From NCBI GenBank assembly GCA_039795875.1, contig JBDKKY010000001.1, positions 750-64,749 on the forward strand: a stretch of 64,000 nt of DNA, written 5' to 3'. Position 1 is the stretch's first letter, and every line of letters begins with the position of its first letter. Below the pieces are notes generated by a model, which ran no database searches, had not been told where the DNA came from, and saw only the letters and a program-made list of their open reading frames with translations. The position numbers were made by a program, and so were the translations under genes. Origin of the DNA: Candidatus Parcubacteria bacterium (lineage in GTDB: Bacteria > Patescibacteriota > Minisyncoccia > Phycocordibacterales > CAIZLB01). Positions 61,027 to 64,000 of the stretch are shown here, in pieces.

Positions 61027-61545
61027 TTATTCGGTAGGCAACTCGATACTGTATCTGATCTCCTCAAATGCAAAACCATTTCTAGGTATCACTTTTTCTA
61101 TGCCGTCACACATCCATCCCCTAGATTCATAAAAATCCCTTGTTTTCGTATTACCTTTCAACACCCAAAGTATTGTCTTTTTGTATCCTTTTTCTTTAAG
61201 AAAATGTAATCCCGTTTTCATCAAATCCTTACCCGCTCCTTTTCCTTGATCTTCAGGGTGGGCATATATTGCGTACAACTCCCCTACTTCCTCGATCGCA
61301 TCATCGCCACGCATAGGACCAACACTACAGAATCCGATTATCTTTCCATCTTCTTCAGCCACATAAGTTCTGCAATCCTCTGATGATTTGGCTAAGCTGT
61401 TGGTCCAAAAAGCAGCTCGATCATCGACGGATAGTACGTCCAAAAAATCATCAGGCATATGACCACGATAATGAGATTGCCAAGTTTCTACGTGGACCTT
61501 GGCTATTCCTGGAGCGTCTTGTTGTTGAGCAGGGCGGATTATCAT
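61027..61545 (-). CDS. GNAT-family N-acetyltransferase
   Basis: IGFCSVGPMRGDD...YAHPEDQGKGAGKDLMKTGLHFLKEKGYKKTILWV. Confidence 0.85.
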   Translation of the reverse strand: MIIRPAQQQDAPGIAKVHVETWQSHYRGHMPDDFLDVLSVDDRAAFWTNSLAKSSEDCRTYVAEEDGKIIGFCSVGPMRGDDAIEEVGELYAIYAHPEDQGKGAGKDLMKTGLHFLKEKGYKKTILWVLKGNTKTRDFYESRGWMCDGIEKVIPRNGFAFEEIRYSIELPTE

Positions 61546-61563
61546 GGATACAATTATACCATT

Positions 61564-61824
61564 TTACACATACAGCTTGGCATGAGTCCCAATATCTATC
61601 AATACAGCGACGCCATCACTTTCATATGCGAAAATAGCTCGGTAATCTGCATTTACATTAAAACTGTACTTACCTGCATATCTACCTCTAAGGCCATGTA
61701 CATTCAATATTGAGTCATACTGATCTACCATGAATAGAGCTTGTCGTTCTTTGAACTTTCGCTGTATATTCTTAGGCAACTTTTTATATTGCTTCACAAA
61801 ATATTTGCTGTATATAATCTCCAT
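61564..61824 (-). CDS. RelE/ParE-family type II toxin
   Basis: 86 aa; F.KQYKKLPK...L.G.L.G.....S..V..DYR.IF pattern of RelE/ParE mRNA interferases; 3-nt gap to the upstream antitoxin gene. Confidence 0.75.
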   Translation of the reverse strand: MEIIYSKYFVKQYKKLPKNIQRKFKERQALFMVDQYDSILNVHGLRGRYAGKYSFNVNADYRAIFAYESDGVAVLIDIGTHAKLYV

Positions 61825-61827
61825 ATA

Positions 61828-62103
61828 CTATTGTGCATCCAGCCAGGCAGCTGCTTCTTTGCTATTTTTAAACTTAGGAGACCTATCCCCCTTTTTCTCT
61901 TTCATAACCTCACGAATGGCCGCTTCCAGGTAAGGAGTCATCTGAGGTGCTAAAGACACCGTCAGCTCTTGGGTAGTAACAAAATTGCGCAGCATGGCGG
62001 ATACCACAGAGGACAAGTTGAAACCCATAGCATCAGCTAGATCTGCTGCTTTTTTCTTAAGACCTTTGTCTATCTTGATATTCATCATGGTTTTTATCTG
62101 CAT
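61828..62103 (-). CDS. RelB/DinJ-family antitoxin
   Basis: IKIDKGLKKKAADLADAMGFNLSSVVSAMLRNF resembles the DinJ/RelB RHH fold; operon partner of the RelE-like gene. Confidence 0.75.
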   Translation of the reverse strand: MQIKTMMNIKIDKGLKKKAADLADAMGFNLSSVVSAMLRNFVTTQELTVSLAPQMTPYLEAAIREVMKEKKGDRSPKFKNSKEAAAWLDAQ

Positions 62104-62147
62104 ATCTATAGTATATACTTTGGATAGGGCTTGTCAAATGGATATTA

Positions 62148-62867
62148 CTACACCTCCGGTTGAAAATTATTTCGACTCCAATTCCACAGAACTGGATGCA
62201 TTTCTACCGGAGTAAGTCCCGACCCTTCGAGGGTTTTAAACCACTCGGCGGCGATCTCTTCTGGACTGGCCCCTTCTTTGGTAATACCGAGATGGGCGGA
62301 ACACTGGGCAACGTGGGTATCGGGAATTATGGAAACAAGTTGTTTATTTTTGAGTTTGATATCGGTGTATTGGTCAAGAATGTACAACCAATAATTAGAC
62401 ATCTTGGCTCCGTTTAAATATGGAAACTTTTTCTTGTTGGTTTGGAGCTCTTGAATAATGGATGAAACATTCGCGTTAAACTTCTTGATCAGTTCTCGAG
62501 GATCACTTTTATATTCTTCATTAAATGTTTTACATAATGTGATCCAAATATCTGTGTGCTTATTGAGTTGCAGAGATAATTTATGTTTTCTAAGATCTGT
62601 TTGAACTTTTGAGTATGGAGTATGTACAACTCTTTCTGGGAAGAAGAGGTAGTTTGTCTCTGTATCATGCCAAGTCGCGAAAGCCGCCCTCCACATCGCC
62701 GGTGACTGTCTCTGAAAATTGAGACTGGGCGGCAAAGTGAAATATAAATAATTCTCTCTACTCCCTTTTGGGTTTTCTGGATGCACTTCGTGTTGAGCCA
62801 GAGTTAGGATCTTGCCAGAGTGAAAGAGTTGGTGGAGCTTTTTGATGCGGGTGAGGAGTGATGGCAT
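62148..62867 (-). CDS. hypothetical protein (239 aa)
   Basis: intact ORF; no confident family assignment. Confidence 0.45.
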   Translation of the reverse strand: MPSLLTRIKKLHQLFHSGKILTLAQHEVHPENPKGSRENYLYFTLPPSLNFQRQSPAMWRAAFATWHDTETNYLFFPERVVHTPYSKVQTDLRKHKLSLQLNKHTDIWITLCKTFNEEYKSDPRELIKKFNANVSSIIQELQTNKKKFPYLNGAKMSNYWLYILDQYTDIKLKNKQLVSIIPDTHVAQCSAHLGITKEGASPEEIAAEWFKTLEGSGLTPVEMHPVLWNWSRNNFQPEV

Positions 62868-62884
62868 GACGTATTCAATAGATC

Positions 62885-63421
62885 TTAATCATAAATGTGA
62901 AACTCTGTATATATAGAATCGTTTATAAGTCGAATGGGAGAATCTTCCCTTGTAAAGTGTGTAATCTGAAACAGAAGATGACTTCCTGTCTTGGCTGGCG
63001 GAAAGGTTATTGCGATATCAACATGAGAATTTGCATTTATCTTGTATATAATAGGTCTCCTCCATTTATTACCATCTTTAGTTTCTCCGTGAATTTCAAA
63101 GGCATTTCGGTCAAGCGGTTTCATTTTTTGCTTATCTGTCTCCTCAAAAAAGACCTCTTCTGTTAGTACTTTTACCTTGAGCTCTGTCAGATTTAGGGAA
63201 TTATTTTTCTCGATGATTTTTAACTGGACCGAATATATGGGATAAGGATTATTATTGACGATTTGAATATTCCGGATTTCGGTAAAATTCTGTGGTTTTA
63301 TAACAATTTTATTCGGGACTACGTAGAGAGAATATCTCCATTCTCGAAATTTAGACGGCATATCGAGCGCAAAAAAAGTAATTAAACCTATAAAAATCAA
63401 AACTATAGCCATAAATGTCAT
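62885..63421 (-). CDS. hypothetical N-terminally anchored protein
   Basis: 178 aa; TM FMAIVLIFIGLITFFAL. Confidence 0.45.
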   Translation of the reverse strand: MTFMAIVLIFIGLITFFALDMPSKFREWRYSLYVVPNKIVIKPQNFTEIRNIQIVNNNPYPIYSVQLKIIEKNNSLNLTELKVKVLTEEVFFEETDKQKMKPLDRNAFEIHGETKDGNKWRRPIIYKINANSHVDIAITFPPAKTGSHLLFQITHFTREDSPIRLINDSIYTEFHIYD

Positions 63422-63424
63422 ATG

Positions 63425-63511
63425 CGGAGGATGTGAGATTCGAACTCACGGGGCAGTTTCCCACCCGACAGTTTAGTAAACTGTTGATTTAAACCACTCA
63501 TCCAATCCTCC
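63425..63511 (-). tRNA. class II (long variable arm) tRNA, Ser-like, with apparent anticodon ACT
   Basis: GGAGGAT/ATCCTCC acceptor, 3-bp D-stem, anticodon arm ACAGT-TTACTAA-ACTGT, long variable arm, T-arm GTGAG-TTCGAAT-CTCAC. Confidence 0.65.
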
Positions 63512-63577
63512 ATGCAAGCCACTATAACATAGCGACCCCATCATATCAAAACCCCGGACTAGCCGAGGTTCTGTAAC

Positions 63578-64000
63578 CTACCGTGTCACTTCTGTTTTCG
63601 AAGTAGTCTGATTATTCGCCTCGTAACTCGTATTCTGCACCTCAAAGAAATTCACCAACTCATGCACATCTGTCGCAGTCGCCATCCATTTTGCAGGGTT
63701 TGTTGTATTATAGTATGCCTCAAAACCAAGCTCCTCAAGACGTCGGTCGGCAACATATTTTACATACTGATTCACATACTCTGAGTTCAATCCGAGAATA
63801 CCATTTGGGAAAAGGTCTTTGTTGTAGTTTACCTCAAGCTCTACTCCCTTTAGGATGATAGCCTTGATCTCCTCAGCAAATTCTGGGGTGACGATGTGTG
63901 CATTCTCAGAAAGCATTTCTGTAATAAGGTTAATACCAAACTTTAAGTGCAAACTCTCATCTCGAAGCACCCAGTTAATCATTGATCCAAAGTTTCGTAG
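63578..64000 (-). CDS. nrdB: ribonucleotide reductase small (beta) subunit, C-terminal part; gene continues beyond the window
   Basis: RDESLHLKFGINLI... C-terminal helices of the R2 ferritin-like fold; N-terminus lies off-window. Confidence 0.8.
   Translation of the reverse strand, partial: LRNFGSMINWVLRDESLHLKFGINLITEMLSENAHIVTPEFAEEIKAIILKGVELEVNYNKDLFPNGILGLNSEYVNQYVKYVADRRLEELGFEAYYNTTNPAKWMATATDVHELVNFFEVQNTSYEANNQTTSKTEVTR

Overview
This 64-kb window reads as a single chromosomal segment of a small-genome, AT-rich bacterium, probably a Candidate Phyla Radiation / Patescibacteria-like organism. Baseline GC is about 40%. Genes are short, the conserved genes I checked have no Shine-Dalgarno sequence, and the rRNA operon is unlinked. 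It is mostly housekeeping core: clpB, iscS-like, infB-rbfA, rpsB-tsf, prfA, rpmE, rplY, rpmG, rpsF-ssb-rpsR, tatD-metG, glyQS, recA, ftsK, TrmH and RluA. There are 11 tRNA genes and one 16S rRNA gene, with no 23S present and a protein gene sitting in the 16S/tRNA-Ile spacer. The core also holds a type IV pilin and prepilin peptidase, a two-component system, and many N-terminally anchored secreted proteins of unknown function. Against this baseline several accessory insertions stand out. GC-rich (52-58%) cassettes each carry a consensus sigma70 promoter, small membrane or secreted proteins and a strong GC-rich terminator; the largest sits directly after tRNA-Cys/tRNA-Leu and contains a gene broken at an A9 homopolymer. 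A structured GC-rich RNA element follows tRNA-Leu. A MazF/PemK-like toxin has no apparent partner. There is a RelB/RelE pair. An ORF6N-domain protein carries two compensatory palindromes that share the core ATCACAAATTGTGAT. A tRNA-bounded accessory block lies at the 3' end of the window. I found no CRISPR array, integrase or transposase.
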